NCBI RefSeq assembly: GCF_964194025.1
Contig: NC_134471.1
Span: forward strand, 37,386,001 to 37,450,000
Direction of reading: 5' to 3'
Source: Convolutriloba macropyga
Taxonomy: Eukaryota
Length of the DNA: 64,000 nt
Shown here: in pieces, positions 36,041 through 51,023 of the stretch
Layout: every line of letters begins with the position of its first letter
Numbering within the stretch: the first letter of the stretch is position 1
Translations under genes and position numbers: made by a program
Notes under the pieces: model-generated
The model's input: the letters and a program-made list of their open reading frames with translations, nothing else
The model's database searches: none
What the model was told of the DNA's origin: nothing

Positions 36041-39000
36041 TGAAGCAAATCTATTAATTCAAGAAATTGCGGAATATTTCAGAAAAGGAACCCATGATAA
36101 ATTTTTCTCGATCTATCGAACACTGTTCAGTTCTTATCTGTAGCTCTTCAGATACTTGTAACATTCAGATTCACTTGTCATGACTGAAATTTTCATTCAT
36201 TCAAATTTTCACCTATCATACCAGCAAGTTTCATCAAGAAAATCTCTCGAAATTTTATTTCTTTTTATTGCGTAACAATTTTTCATGATATTAACGAGAT
36301 TTGCTTTCTGACAGATTTAATCACAGAATTATATGTATCGGGGACTGAATTCGAAGTATATTAACTCAAGAAAACGCTCAGGAAGGAAACAAGTTTGGCA
36401 GTGAACTTTCTCTTGCTTCTGAAATAAGGTTGATTTTGGTAGAAATGAGACTTTTAGAAAGACATGGCCCGTAATGAAATGGAATTTGCATTAAATCCAG
36501 GAGATTAAAAATTGCACACATAGTGTCCGTCAGCCATCAGGACAAATTGATTGTTTTGGGGTATCACTGACTCGTAATTGGGTGACAGAGGATTAAATAA
36601 TTTCTCATCGGTAATATGTGAGATAAAAAGTCATCCACACGGAGAAAACGATATGTTTTATTAGGTGTTGCTGTTAATATCAAAGGAGGCATACCAATGT
36701 ACAAACCGAAAAGCAATCGTGATTGCAGCAAATTTGGGATTATATCATGTGACGAAATTAGGGCAGATACCTTAAACTCTGTTACCTTAAACTAAATTGG
36801 ACTATTTTGATAGATCACTTGCATGACGGATTTGGTGAAGAAGACAAAATTTCCGCTTTGAAAAGTTTATAGTGCAATACAAATAAGAAGGATCGCTTGG
36901 TATTGTGCGTTGCGCAAAAAAAATAACATTAAGCTTGGATGGCGTGATAGCACTATCAGCTCGGACGCTACAATTATAGGTAAAAGTCGACAGAATTCAA
37001 TGGAAAGTCAGTGATTTTTCAGCGATATTCCATTTTTAAGTATTTTTTTTGAGGCCTTTAACGTGAATGATTGATAGTTTTATCAGGTTTTAATTTGTTT
37101 ATCAAGTCTTTCGATAACACGTCTGTTCAAGTTAGATTGTTTTGGTGAGCAAGTGATGTTTGAAAGATTTTCGAGCAAAATAAGTGAAGACTGTAATCAG
37201 CCTCAAAAAATCAAAAATAATTTAAGCAAAACAACGAGAAAAAACAGCTCCACAAATTCTGAAAAACGTCTTAAACAATTGACAACCTAAAGAGCTGACA
37301 ATCGATCTCCTTAGAGTGAACAAAAGGTATTCAAAAACAAGCACGAGAATAAACAAAACAAGAATAATCTATAAAAAATAAAAATAAATGCTTTAAAATA
37401 TTTGAAATTTGTTTCTAATAATGGATAACGTATGACTGTGTGGGCAGTTTAATGACTGTGTTGCTAATTTTTTACAATCAATTAATTAACATTAAGTTAG
37501 TCAACGTTATTCGATCCTTAAAAAACTTCACATTATAAGGTTGAGACAGCAAGCACCGATATTGCATAAAACAGATAAAATCATCAAATTTGTCAGAGCT
37601 GCATTAGCAATAATGGCGTCACAGTCATTAAAGTACGAAAATAGAATTTGAAAAATTAAACATTCTCTTTTCGTTTCGTTCAAAATAATCATCAAAAGAA
37701 TGTCCTTCATTAGAAACAAATTTCGAAGACACATCAGCAAAAAAAAACGTAAGCTAAAATTAATTCTGCAATGAAGTATTAGAGCATCAATGGGGATTCT
37801 CCTTAGCGGCCAAGTGACAGCACAACGGAAACAACTACAATAAAAGAAAAATGCGCAAATTCACCTACAAGTTCTGTCAAGGTCGGTACGACAAGTAAAA
37901 TTGATTTTTAAATGTTTAAAAACAATAATTGGACCCCTTAGGCAGCCAATGAGAACTTTCTTGGACGTATATAATGACACTACGTAACAGAACAGCAAAA
38001 ATTATGAAATTAGGCTAATGTTATAAAGTTACTGAAACTTTTCGAGAACATCCTTAGTCAAAGTCGTCTAAAGAGATAGATATTAAAGATCAGAATGGAA
38101 CCACAAAGAAAGGAATCAATGGAGAGCAAATGGGTGCCAACATTAGCGAGAATAAATAATAGGAATGGCTGATTCAACTAAAAAAACTAAGTCATTGAAT
38201 GAACTCAAAATTGTCCCATTCAAAAGCCCTTAAAATCTGCATATGAGCGGACTATGAAACGGGACAAGAAAACAATTATAGAGTCGGGAGAATTGAAAGT
38301 TTTTTAACACAGTTTTTCTGAAAAGAAGTTTTAGAGAGATTAGATTTCAAGTTATTGAGTAATCTTCGCAATGCCTTACCTCATCAAACAGCCCTTGAGG
38401 ACTGTTGTTATAGAGGCTAAGAAAAAAAATAAAATAAACAATTAAATGATTCGATCAACTTAAAAAAAAACTGTTGCGTCAAAGTCATTGAAAGACAGAC
38501 TTTGTTGGAAAAATTAGATAAATTGAAATTCAAGTCTATAGAGAGCCAAAGGGATCTGCCATGTGAGACAGTTTCGAGGCGAAATTTTTTTTGACACTAA
38601 GTGAACAACTAAAAAATAACTACAAAAACGAGCGAAGTTTTTTGAAAACGAATTGAATCCATGAAAACCATTGAATTTGTTTAAAAATCATTGATTAAAC
38701 TAAAATTTCCTCATTCGAAATGGCGACTAACAAACATTTATGAAAAACTGTCATCCAGAGAAAATATATTGCGAAAATGTTTACTAGCTAGTATAACCAA
38801 CGCCCAACCGTAACAGTATCTTTTGGAAATTATTTTTTTAGTTAAGAACAAACTGTGATTGGCTAGTGAAAACAATTAAAGGTTAGTTAATATAAATTGC
38901 GCTTCACGAATGTACATACAGTTTGCTCAACTTATGTTTTAATGTTCTTGCTTCGTTGTTTTTTTTATTTCTATCGACGGAGTTTTGTCAAAAGTTATTA

Positions 39001-42000
39001 ATTTAAGATGAAGACAAAATCACAAACGTTTTTTTAAATCATATAAAGTTTTGCTATATTAAAAAAATTTGATAAAAAATATATTTTTTTTGTAATTATG
39101 ATTCTTTTCTGATCTTTATGTTGAACATAAGTTAAGACTTGGTCATTTTTTAACATAAACTTTTGTTTCCAAAAATGATTGAACTGACAAAGTTTGTAGT
39201 GGGCTAACGGTTGTCTCTCACACACACTTAAATTCCCTGACATCATTGTCTTAATCTATTAGTTCAAAGTGAAAAAAATAATTTTTTCCACAAAATTGAA
39301 TAAAAGATTTTAAAAAAAAAGTTGGTCTTATTGGATGAACAGGGAACGTTTTATTGTGCGTCTTACAAAAACAGATATATTTTTGGGCTCTATGTTTGTT
39401 CTGTTTTTTTTTCTATGAAGCATCTTCTTCATTTATCAGTTAGGAAACAAATAATCCGTAAAGTAATCATTTCTTCATTTATCGTTATCTTTCAGCGATG
39501 ACTTAAATTTTCAAGTCTCCATCGTGGTGAGTTGCATGATCAGCTAACAGTGTTTGAAAAAAGTAGTTCGTCAGTGTTTTCGAATAGAAGGGGTCTTTGA
39601 TTGCAATCCAATAAGAACAATTTTGCATTGAATTTTTTGGTCTCGGCCAATCCTACAGAAAAAATAATTTATTTAGTACGAAACATTCATTTGTTTGTTG
39701 TTTTTTAGAAAATACAAATGGATGAAATCAACACTTTAAAGAATCACATCGTGTAAAATATGTGCAACCCTTATATTTTACATGAGGACTTTTAAAAATT
39801 TTCTCGCATTAGCTTTCTTGCAGGAAAATATATCTACATGGAACAAAATTGTATAAAAAACTGGACCTATTTCTCAGTTGTTCAAATAAGGTTTTCAAAT
39901 CGCTTCTACAACATTTAACTTCAATTTTTGAAATGATATAAAAATAAGTTTATATTTATTTGCACATTGAACATTTTATATGTTGAATCACTATTAGTTT
40001 GGTGAGATTTGTCGGCTGATCATGACTTTTTTAACTAATAGTTTTTATTTTAAGATTTTGACTGCATTTTTTCCAGATTAACACGAAACAGTTTTAAGTC
40101 TCAATAATTTTTAATATTCAAAGTCTGTAAAACTGCAAACGAAAACAAAATCGTAGCTTGATTGAATATTCCGAAATTGTGAGGCGTTTTCTTATTTAAA
40201 TTAGATTGTATATGCGATTGTATTTTTCTCATTGTAATTAATCAAACAAAACACTTTTGAGGATTTAAATGAGCGTCTTGAAGACTTCTTCCAGAATTCG
40301 ACTATTAATTAGATTAAATTGAACATTCCCCTAAAACTTATGGCAGTTTGGACAAACTATGAATCTGTAAAGCTCAAACGTTAACACAATTTGCCATTGT
40401 GGAAAAAAAAATTATGCAGACAAAGAGTTCATGTCGAATTTTTGGGAAAAGAGTTTTTCTGATTGTTTTCATTTTTTGATCCTAATCGACAACATTATGA
40501 ATGCATATTTTTAATAGACTGGTTTCTTCAAGAAAGGACCATCTTTTAGTCGTAGTTAACTTGTTTCGTGTAAATTTGTTGATCATCTGTCTGTACATTT
40601 GGATTAACATTGCCAGAGCAGTTATGTAGTTTCAGGACTTTGGAGGAGATTTTTAATAATACAATTTTTTTCTAATAGATATCCAAACCAAAAGAGTTGT
40701 CTGGAATTTCCAGTCATCTGTCGAGTGTAATCCTTTTTGCGAACTTAAATTAGAAAATTGATATAATTATTTATTTGCTGTTTTATTTCTTAGATCGGTT
40801 ACGAAAGTTTTGGTAATTAAGTTTTGATAATTTTTCCAGTTCTCAAACAATCAAAGATTTATCTCAACTAAAAGGGTCAAATTTTTTTAAATGGGCTGTA
40901 GATGGTGGCCAGAAGTCACTTTTGAAAAAAATAATGAGCCTGCTATAATTGAAATCAAAATCCTTTTTCCATATAGTGAGGTGTGTTTTTAATTCAGTGG
41001 ACAAAGTGCTGTTCAGTATTCACTAAAATCTTAGCAGATATTGCTACTGCCAATAGTTTTTATTACCTTAGAACTGCAGCAGATTTACAAATTTTGGTGC
41101 AACTTTGGACCCAAGAGAGAAAAAAGACAAAAAATCCGCACAGAATTGATTTTCGTTAGAAAAATTATATAGTTAATAACATTGAAAATCAATTGCTGAA
41201 AATATTACAAAAATTGTGACACAAGAGAACTGTATATTTTACTTTTTTTCACTGATTGTACTGGACAAAGTGAGCACTGCTCATAATTGCAGAAAAATTC
41301 AAAATTTAATGGAGCAATGTATAGAATCAATCACGAAAAGAAGTTTTCATTTTTTGTTGCTCTCTCTTAAATGAATTGGCATATACTTCTCACTTTTGAG
41401 CAAATATTTGAACAGAATTGACAACTATTTTGTGAAAGTTGACCGTTTGAATAAAAATTAAAATCCAGAGCGTAAGAAAAAGTTTCTGTTTTTCTTTGTA
41501 AACCTTTGTTAGGATGTGGTCATTGAAATCTGAAAATTTCATGGGGTCCACGAATTCAATAGCCAGCTACCCATCATAGAGTTGAGAAGCAGTTGGGCAC
41601 TTTCGTTCGGAGCATGGTCTTAGAAGTCCTTAATGTGAGCATTCCTAAAAATACTTGGTTATAGTGAATTACAGGACGGCAACAAAAACTTTGTGTGTGC
41701 TACATAACGTTGCAACACAATTTTTAGGACTATACATTATCACAAAGTATGGCAACCCTTCTATTTTCTAGATAGCGTCCCTGCTGTAGAGAAACAAGTC
41801 TACTACTAATTTCAAGATTGTACCAAACCTTTCGCATGTCTTTGAACAAACACGATTTTTTTAAACCAAAATAAGCACCCGGGCAGAGGAATTTGGCCAA
41901 AATTATGTAAGATCAGCGGCAACTAGCGTTGACAAGTCGGAAAATTCACCGCAATTTTCTTACATAATTTTGCGTTGAATGCGTTGATTTTAAAGACAAA

Positions 42001-42235
42001 AATTCAACGTATTCACCGCAAAATTATGTAAGAAATGGCGGTGAATTTTCCAACTTGTCAACGCTAGTTGCCGCTGATCTTACATATTTAGCGTTGAATT
42101 TAGCGTAGATCTTACACATTTAGCGTAGAATTTAGCGTAGATCTTACATAATTAGCGTTGAATTTAGCGTAGATCTTACATATTTTTGCGTTGAATTTAG
42201 CGTTGATCTCACAAAAAATCAACGCGTAGAACTCT

Positions 42236-42305
42236 GGGTTTGGGAGTCGAACCACTGACCTCCTGTTTACTTGTTGCCTCTTCTACCATTGCGCCACCGT
42301 TCCTT
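42236..42305 (-). other. tRNA-derived segment (Pol III A and B boxes), not an intact tRNA
   Basis: Minus strand GGTGGCGCAATGGTAG...GGAGGTCAGTGGTTCGACTCCC; no convincing acceptor or anticodon stem. Confidence 0.65.
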
Positions 42306-42559
42306 GGTTTCCTTAAGAGCCGAAATCCTTATAAAGCGTAGATCTTACATATTTTGCGTTGATTTTAGCGTTGATCTTACATATTTTGCGTTGATTTTAG
42401 CGTAGATCTTACATATTTTGCATTGAATTCAGCGTAGAACTTGCATATATTTCGTTGAATTTAGCCTAGATCTTACATATTTTTTGTTGAATTTAGCCGA
42501 GATCTTACATAATTTCAACGTATTCAACGCATTTATCATGTGAGAGGTACTGGGAAAAA

Positions 42560-43345
42560 TTTAAAATTTTTTTAAGTTTTGAAAAAAAAATTGATTTCCT
42601 AAGATGGTCTGAAATGGTTTTTGCACCGTAAGGGAGCAAATTGTTATTTTTTGCTGACTTCTTTTTTCACAATTGTGCCGTATAGGGGTGGAAACAGTAA
42701 AAAGATTAATTTTTTGAAAATAACTTGGAAAATTTGAAGTCATCAAATGGTCTGAATTGGATTTCGCATTATAAAAGAGCACTAAAAAAGATTTTTTCTG
42801 ACTTCTTGTTACTCACCTTTGAAGTATAGGGTTCGAAATAGTGAAAAAAAATATTTTTTTGAAAAAAAAACTTGAAAAAGTTTTGAAATCGTAAAATGGT
42901 TTGAAACGGATTTTGAACTATAAAAGAGCACTAAAAAGTGATTTTTCTCACCTGTGTAGTATAGGGTCGAAACAGTTAACAAATTAACTTTTTTAAAATT
43001 AACTGGAAAAATTTGAAATCGCAAAATGATCTCAATTGGATTTTGCACTATAAAAGAGCATTAAAAAATGATTTTTCTCTGACTTCACGTTTCTCACCTT
43101 TGCATCATTGAGGTCGAAACAGTGATAAAAATTGATTTTTCGAAAAGAACTTGAAAATGTTTTGAAATCGTAAAATGGTCTCAATTGGATTTTGCACTAT
43201 AAAAGAGCACTAAAATTGTTTTTTTTGCTGACTTCGCTTTTCTCACCTGTGAAGTATAATAGGGGTCGAAACAGTGAAAAAATTGACTTTTTGAAAACTT
43301 GAAAAACTTTTGAAATCATAAATTGGTCTGAAATGGAACTCAAAA
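42560..43345. repeat. Tandem repeat of ~130-150 bp, 5-6 copies, nested in the CCCGGG element
   Basis: aaatggtctgaattggattttgcactataaaagagcactaaaa-like units at ~42601, 42745, 42894, 43024, 43173 and 43321. Confidence 0.9.
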
Positions 43346-46300
43346 AATTCAACCTTAAATTTGTAAGATCTACGCCAAAATTCTACGCAAAATATGTAAG
43401 ATTGGTGTTGAAAGCGTTGAATTTTCGTAAGATCTACGCTAAATTCAACGCTAAATATGTATGATCTACGCTAAATATACATATATCTTTACATATTTAG
43501 CGTTGAATTTAGCGTAGATCATACATAAATTCAACGCATTCAACGCCAATCTTACATTTTTTTGCGTTGAATTTTGGCGTAGATCTTACATATTTAGCGT
43601 TGAATTTTAGCGTAGATCTTACATATTTAGCGTTGAATATAGCGTAGATCTTACATAAATTCAACGCATTCAACGCCAATCTTACATAATTTTGCGTTTT
43701 TTAGCGTTGACACCTCGGCCCGGGCAATCCGTTATCTATTTTACAGTTGAAGTCAGGCTTTCAAAAGACTTACATGAATGTTTGCGGGATTTGCTCTCGA
43801 TAGAATAATTCGGATTGACCACCATGAAAAAAAATTACCAGCCATAAAAATGATATTCAGACTTTTTTGGAAAATTACTAAGCTGAGGCCAATTGAAGGC
43901 CAATTGAGGTTACCATACAACAACTCATGTAATATATGTCTTGTATAATCCAAACTTCTTGCACTTTTTTATGGTTACAAAATTCCCATTAAATCTTTTT
44001 TATCAAAATGGACAATTTATTCAGTGATTTTTTTGTCAGTTCGATTGGTCGAATTTTCACTATCATTGTACCTTACGTACCATGGAACGATTAAAAAAAA
44101 TTTATATGATCCGTTTTATACTTACAAATTTTTCATTAAAATGAGTTTACAATTTTCATTATATGTTATATGCTCACCATATAACTAACCATTTGTTTAT
44201 ATATTTCCGGTTGTTGTGCAAAACACTTGGAAATATTAGCGTTAGAGTAAGGATTTTTCAAAAAGAAACACATTTTCACTTTTATGGTACGTTACGCATA
44301 GTACTAATAACATGAAAAATGGATATGTATTGTGAACTTTCATAGTCAATTTGAGAGCTTTTTAACAATAAAATGTAGTGAGCCTAATGAGAGCATCTTA
44401 AGTTCTCAACTGGACAAATGATTCGAACAATTTTTTTGAACAAACAACATTTTGATTTTTCGTCCCTGGAGAAAATCCTTACAGCAAGATTTGCTTATTT
44501 TGCTTGGACTCAATTCTACTATATTTGGCTGTTTGTTTCACAAATGAACTGACAAAAACTTTACGACAAAATATGATAAAATAAAATACTAATCAAAGAA
44601 GAGGCCATGTATTAAACCTAATAACCGCAGTACGAAGGTAGCATGAAAACTAACTGACCATAAAGTGGACTATATATGGAAACTTTCTGATAACCAAATG
44701 TACTGTTTATGGAAGCTTAATAATCGCATATAGAGGATCATATTTGGAAACTTGCTAACTATTAAGCGAACTATAAATGGAAACTTTTCTATCACAAGTC
44801 ATCTTAACATGTCATTTTCATAGTAGTTTTTTTCTAAATTACTTTTTTTGCAATGAAAGAATAAAACCACCTTCCATAGAAAACTGTTTATCCTTAAGTG
44901 TACTCAAATATGGAAACTTAGTTGCTATGGCAAAACCTTAACATTGAAAAGTTCAATTTATGGCTCATTTTTATGGTTCATTTCTGGTACAACAAAATGT
45001 AAACCCCAAAAAGCCTGGTCGCTGTTTTATCAATGATTTAGTCTGGTCATGTATTCTGAAATGTGAAAAGCGGAAACATTTTGTCTCTATTGATAATTCA
45101 TGTTGTGACAACAAGACATCATTCATCTAGAGGGCACAAAACTACTCAAAAGTTTGGACTACAATTGTATTTCCCATGAAGATTTACCCCCTGAAAAACT
45201 TTTGATGTTAATTCAGCTACGTTTGCTCAAACTGTTTTTGTTAATAAATTTGACTCATTTATGTTTTTGACTTTTTTGACTTTTTTGTGTACCAAAGGAA
45301 GAGGAGATAGGAATCTCTAGAAGTTCAAAAAAGAACTGGTGTACGAGCAAAAAAGGTTACAAAACTGGACCCCTAAATGAATTAAAACACTCTGAATTGG
45401 GAAACAACGAGAATTTCCATTAATGATAATACTAGACGAGCCAACCCGCAAAATTGATCAACAACAAAGAAAACTATTTTCCGCAAAAATCAATATTTAA
45501 GAAAGTCAAATTACCATCAGGTGAAATCTAAGCAATTCAAAATAACTTTTTTTTCATTAAGTACAGCGGACCTGGTTTTAATGAGAATAAGTAATTTTTC
45601 AAAAAAATAAAAACAAAATTTTGAAAACAAATAATTTGAAAAGTTCTAACAACCAATAGTTTTTGTTTATTCAATCTAGATGGGTTTACTTATTACTCCT
45701 TTGGAAGCCAATCAGACCTGTATTTAAAGAGGCTTGGTCAAATGGCTACAAAATTAATTAAATGGCAAAACGCATAAAGTCAGAGAAAATTTGTAAAGTC
45801 ACTTTTTGTTGAAGTCAGTAATTCTATCAGCTCTCAATTGCAAAATTATATATCGGCACGTCAATTATATTTTCACATCAATGGAGCTTGTTTGTTATAT
45901 GTGCCAGGACAACAAAAAAAACCACAATTTTTGATAAAAAACCGCAAGTTTCGAAAAAAAAACCTAACAAATTTTTTGTGAGAGCACCTAGAGTCAATGT
46001 CACAAGGCAATTGGTTAAAAATAAAACAGCAAATAAGACTAATATTTCCGCGAAAGGAAAATGTGCGCCACCTACTATTACGGTCACTAAGCTACAATTT
46101 GAAAAAAATGGTAAGGTTTAAAGGAGAAGGAAAACAAAATGCTAACCTTTAAAAACACAATGATTACAAAATAAGAATTAGTATAAGAATTAATGAGAAA
46201 TAGTAAATTTGCATTTTAACAATGTAGAATCATTAAAATTATAAGCTATCAAATTAATTTTTTTGTATAAGCTGTTGAAAACGTCATTGGGACCAGTAAT

Positions 46301-48750
46301 TAACCTAGTTTTGTGACAGGCCACAGAAAATCCCGTTGAGCAATGACCGAATAATCGCTCGCAGTATGAGTATGAAAATTGAAAAAGTGTTTAAATAGAG
46401 CATAAAAACGGCAAACAAATTCCTTTTTGTCACAAGAAAGAAAATATTACCTCCTAGAAAAGAGACCAAGATGCAGTTTGACAATAGTTCGATTTAAAAA
46501 GGGGCAAAGTTTAATTATTCTCCGATAAATTTTGAGGACCGTGACATTCAAAGTTCTAGGAACTATTAGTTATCAAGAGATATTATCAAATAAGCTCACT
46601 TAATACTATTTTAGAAAACCAATTGGACCTTTCACTAACTAAATTACCTGACTACAAGAAAAATAATATATAAAGGCAAAAATCCAAGATTTATCGAATA
46701 CATGAATGCAAAAATCCAAGATTTATTGAAATGTATATAAAAAATCACGTCTATGAAACCATCCATAAAAACCATGACTTCTTTTCTGAAAACATAATCT
46801 GTGTTTATCTGAGTACAATTGCGATTTGTAAATAATTGAACTTTGATATGAGAGCTGACCTGTCTGTAATTAACATATTAATTTTTCTAAATAGTAGGGT
46901 CAATCTTAACTTAGCAAAATTATCTCAATTTCAAAAGACGACGCTGAAACTGAAAAAAAAATACTTTTTACCAAATGTTCAGAAAAAATATTTAATTCTG
47001 TTATTTCTTTAACAATAAAGTCAAACAAATAAAAAAATACGCTTTACAGCAGATTTCCTATTTATACCTTTGAAAACTCTCAACGATGAATATATTGATT
47101 GGCCAAATTTTTACCTAACAGTAAAAACCCAGCTAAGCATTCAGTTTTTACCCCAGTTGGGCTTGGTACAATATAAAATTTGTTGCAGAACACATAGACT
47201 GCTCACCAAAAATTTTGTCGTGCAATATAACATTTCTCTTAGAATAGCGTACATTTTCACCCTCTAAACATAATTTGAGAGTAAATTATGAAGGTTAACA
47301 AGACACAATTTGGAAGTTTCTTTGGTTAAAGGATCGAGTTACAACAAATGAATATCTCATATACATTGATGACCCTCAAATTATCTCGCATTGAAGCAGG
47401 GAATAGAATTTTTTGACAGAAGCTAGAATTATTTAAAAAGTATCACAATATCTGTATCCTAGTTCAAAAACAGAAGAAAGTTAATGGCGAAGCAATTTTT
47501 TGCTAGTTTCGTGATAAATGAATGAATTTCTACTTAGGTAAGAAATTTTTAAACAATTATAAATTATGCCATATTAATTTAATCTTTACATAGCTGCTTG
47601 AGCATATTTTCAATGTTATATTTTTAGAAATTTATACTTCAAATTTCTGAACCATTTATCCCAGCCACTGCGTCTGGGGAAAAGGATTCAAATGTTTGCG
47701 GTTTTCTGTGCAATATCCATATGTCAAATACTCTTCAACAACTCTTTTCTTGTAATATTTGTCATCAATTTCTTCAGGCTTTTCTCATTTACAGCGAACA
47801 GAATATATATGCAAAATACTTGGCAAAACAATATGCTGGAAAAATTACCGTGTCACCATAAATTTTGTGGTATACTAGAAACATGGCAATGATTCTCAGA
47901 ATATAATAAAGCCATTTAAATATTTAACCAAAAGCAACGTTTTTGTTTTTTCTTAGATTAATTTTATGCTAGTTTATCTCTGATTTATGTAAAAACATTG
48001 AAATTGTTCCAGCGATCAGTCAAAATCGGAAAATGTTTCCTCTGCTGTAGCGAAATAAATTAGGTGACCTTTGAAAACTTTCCCTATTAAGATACTGCTT
48101 TGAGCGACAAGACTGCAATACCACTATTGGCGGAAAAACTTTGAATAAAACTTCACCCCGAGACAACCAAAACAGGATCAATTCAAATAAAAGAGAAGGG
48201 ATATGCTCAGGAAAAAAATCCTCAAAAACGGAAAAAAATATAGAAAAAAGTCCTTGAAAACAATCAGCCACATAAGCGATATAATTGTTTTGCTATAAAA
48301 TTCGTGCATTTAATCCGTTGCTTTAAACAGTCACAATCAAAAACGATTGATTTTGCTTCTATTAAGTTTAAAAAAGAGCAGTGGCTGTATTCCTAATCAT
48401 ATACTTGACAAACCAATTGAAAAGAACTGTGGATTTAAAAAAATTTTCTTGCTGAGAGGGTTACAAGAGTGTGTTCAAATACCAACAATGAAATAATGCC
48501 TGGGAATTTTCAAACAATAAGAATTGACATTTTTAGCATTGATTAAAACTAAACTGGAAACTGAAACAGGAACCGCCATCTGAAATCATCATAAAGTTAA
48601 GCCGTTTATTTATTATTTAAAGTATATGAATTGTATTGGGGGGTGCTGTCTTTTTGCAATCCAAAGTATTTGAATATTATTGGTAAGCTGTCTTTTTTGA
48701 ATGATCTTTTCACATCTTTTTTCGGTTTTTGCACGTCAATGAGAGGTCCA

Positions 48751-48906
48751 ATCTTTTCCGTTTGTTCCCCCCAGTACGTTATGCTCCCCCAGTGACAGAG
48801 CACGTGTCATTACATAATAAATCATTATGTAAAAATATTGCACGTGCGTCTGGGGGTTGCAAATAATATGCACCCATTAAGCTTGGGGGGCACAAACGGA
48901 AAAGAT
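48751..48906. mobile_element. ~155-bp MITE-like element (copy 1)
   Basis: Terminal inverted repeats atcttttccgtttgttcccccc ... ggggggcacaaacggaaaagat. Confidence 0.8.
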
Positions 48907-51023
48907 CCGAGAAATCTAACAAGACTGGTGATTATAGTCACGCTGAAGTAGTAAAGGTGGCAAAACTAAGAGTATGTCTGAATTTTTTGCTCAAAATTTC
49001 ACAAAGGTGGAGTGAGAATCTGACATTTGAACAATTTTCTATTGACATTTTTTCCACGTGTGTCAATTTGCCTTCTATTTTAAGTGTTTCTTCTCTTGAG
49101 TGCTATTAAAGTGATGCATATGTGTTATAATTGTGCCTAATATTCTATTTCGTTTCCTACGTTGTTCTAATTTGCAATTGCTTGAGTTCATCAATATGCA
49201 GCAATAGTTTTTAACACTATCTAGTCATAAATTGTTAATGAATATTTGAAATTTGCCCCTTGCCCCTTTTTACATAAATAATACTTATAGCCTATCACTT
49301 AGTATCCTTAGTGAGAACTTTTGTCGGTTGCTAATAGGAACTAAATGAACAAAATGGATGTTGTGAGTTCATTGCTAGTGGTTTTTCATGAATTTGGCAC
49401 TTTTTTTCTCATAAAATTTTGATGATTTTTTGAAAATGATGTGTATATTTCGACTTTTTATTTTCTTATCATTTAATTACATTAGGAACAGATGCCATAA
49501 AACTTAATTAATATTAAAATGATCAGTTGAAGATTTTGAGGGTAATTTGTTTTTATTTCTATGACTATGACGCAAAACTGTTCTCCAGAAAAATCGTCGA
49601 CTTTTTGAGCTCCGCGAGTTTCCATTATCACCTTGATTTCTTATTCCTTGGTTTCATCAGATTGTAAGGATTCAATAATCAGTAGATTTAATCGTTTCAG
49701 GTCACAGCTATTTTTTTCCATGATTTCTACGCTGACCGCTTCCAAAAAATAACTATTAATAAAATTTTAATTTTTTTTATGTAATTGTTTTACTTATTAA
49801 TTGCTGTTTTATCACTCATTCTCAATAATAGCAGGCCTCTTCGGTTGCTAATGACAATTTTTTGTTTCGAAAATAGCTTTTTGTGCGTAGTTTATGTTTC
49901 CATTGAATCTTGGACTGTTAATTTCCAAAAAAATCTTTTAAGCCAGTTCTTTACTTTCTGCAAAAATTAGTTGTATTTTTTGTCGTCTTATTATTTATTC
50001 TTTTTTAGGACAGGTTTCATTGGTTGCTATTGAAGAAAAATGCATCTAATTGGTTGAATGAGCTCATAGGAATCTATTTATTGCATCATATGGAAAATGA
50101 AATATGTTCCTTTAATTTTTCGATGTTTTTATTCTTATAGTCTTGTAGAAATACCTTTTTCATTAGCCTTGTAGAGCGGCGTGATTTTTGTTATTGTATA
50201 TGCTTCAATCTTTTGGCAGACTCTTCTCTTGACTGAAATACCATTTTTTAAATTTATGTGCCTTCTTAATTTTTATGTTATGCCGTGATTAAGGATTCAC
50301 AAATGGGATTAAGTGTTCATTTTTCTTTGATTCCACTGATTTTCAAAATTTTGTTGATTTTCCTTTCCTTAGTTCTCGCCTTACTTTAGCTCTGTTTGTC
50401 AGTTTTCCACACTAGACTGCTGTGTAATGCTAGATTGTGTAATCACAATAAATTTAATGCTGCAGCAATGTTAATTATCAGTTTAGTAGTTATTTCAGTT
50501 CTTTGGATTGGGATTCAGTTCAACTCTCGCTAATTTTTCTTGAGAACAGTCCACATATTTTCATATTTTTGAAGTCAAGTGAAAGTGATTATTATGGTCA
50601 CGCCGAAACAAGATGAGGAGCAAAAAGCAAGAGGTCATTTTGCGGCAAGAATTTTTTCGCTCTAATAACGATGTTGAGTAGGAAACCAATGTTTGCAAAA
50701 AATTGCTTTCTTTCTAGTGGGTTTTTGTTCGCATGTGGCATCTTGACCTTGATTTTTTCACAGTTTTTAAAAAAATTTTTTGGATCTGATTTCTTCTACA
50801 TGCTTTTTATAATCCATTCATTGTCTTTTTTAGCTCTAGTGTTTTTTAGTCGTGAAATATCCATGAATTGTGTCAGGACTTTTCTTGCTATGTTTTTTTT
50901 TGTTTTCAGAATGAGCAGCACAAAAGCTGAAGAACTAAGGAAATGCGAGCCCTGGAAAAAGCAGGCTGGATTTAAAAATGACAATAAGCTGTATGTTCAC
51001 TTATAAACTAGATAGAAAAAACT

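Larger units (their letters stand above)
41878..43724. mobile_element. Non-autonomous DNA transposon with CCCGGG termini, 2-bp TSD (CA) and ~30-bp subterminal repeats (CACTA/EnSpm-like)
   Basis: ca|cccgggcagagg ... cctcggcccggg|ca; many direct and inverted copies of gcgttgaatttagcgtagatcttacat. Confidence 0.8.

Noticed and set aside
35611-36057. 148-aa ORF as a gene
   Set aside because: Alternative frame overlapping the true FReD terminal exon; no motif support.
36300-41800. Additional host exons or decayed ORFs
   Set aside because: A few splice-like sites and strand-biased patches, but no consistent frame or recognisable motif.
42236-42305. Functional tRNA gene
   Set aside because: A and B boxes are present, but no convincing acceptor or anticodon stem, and it is embedded in a transposon.
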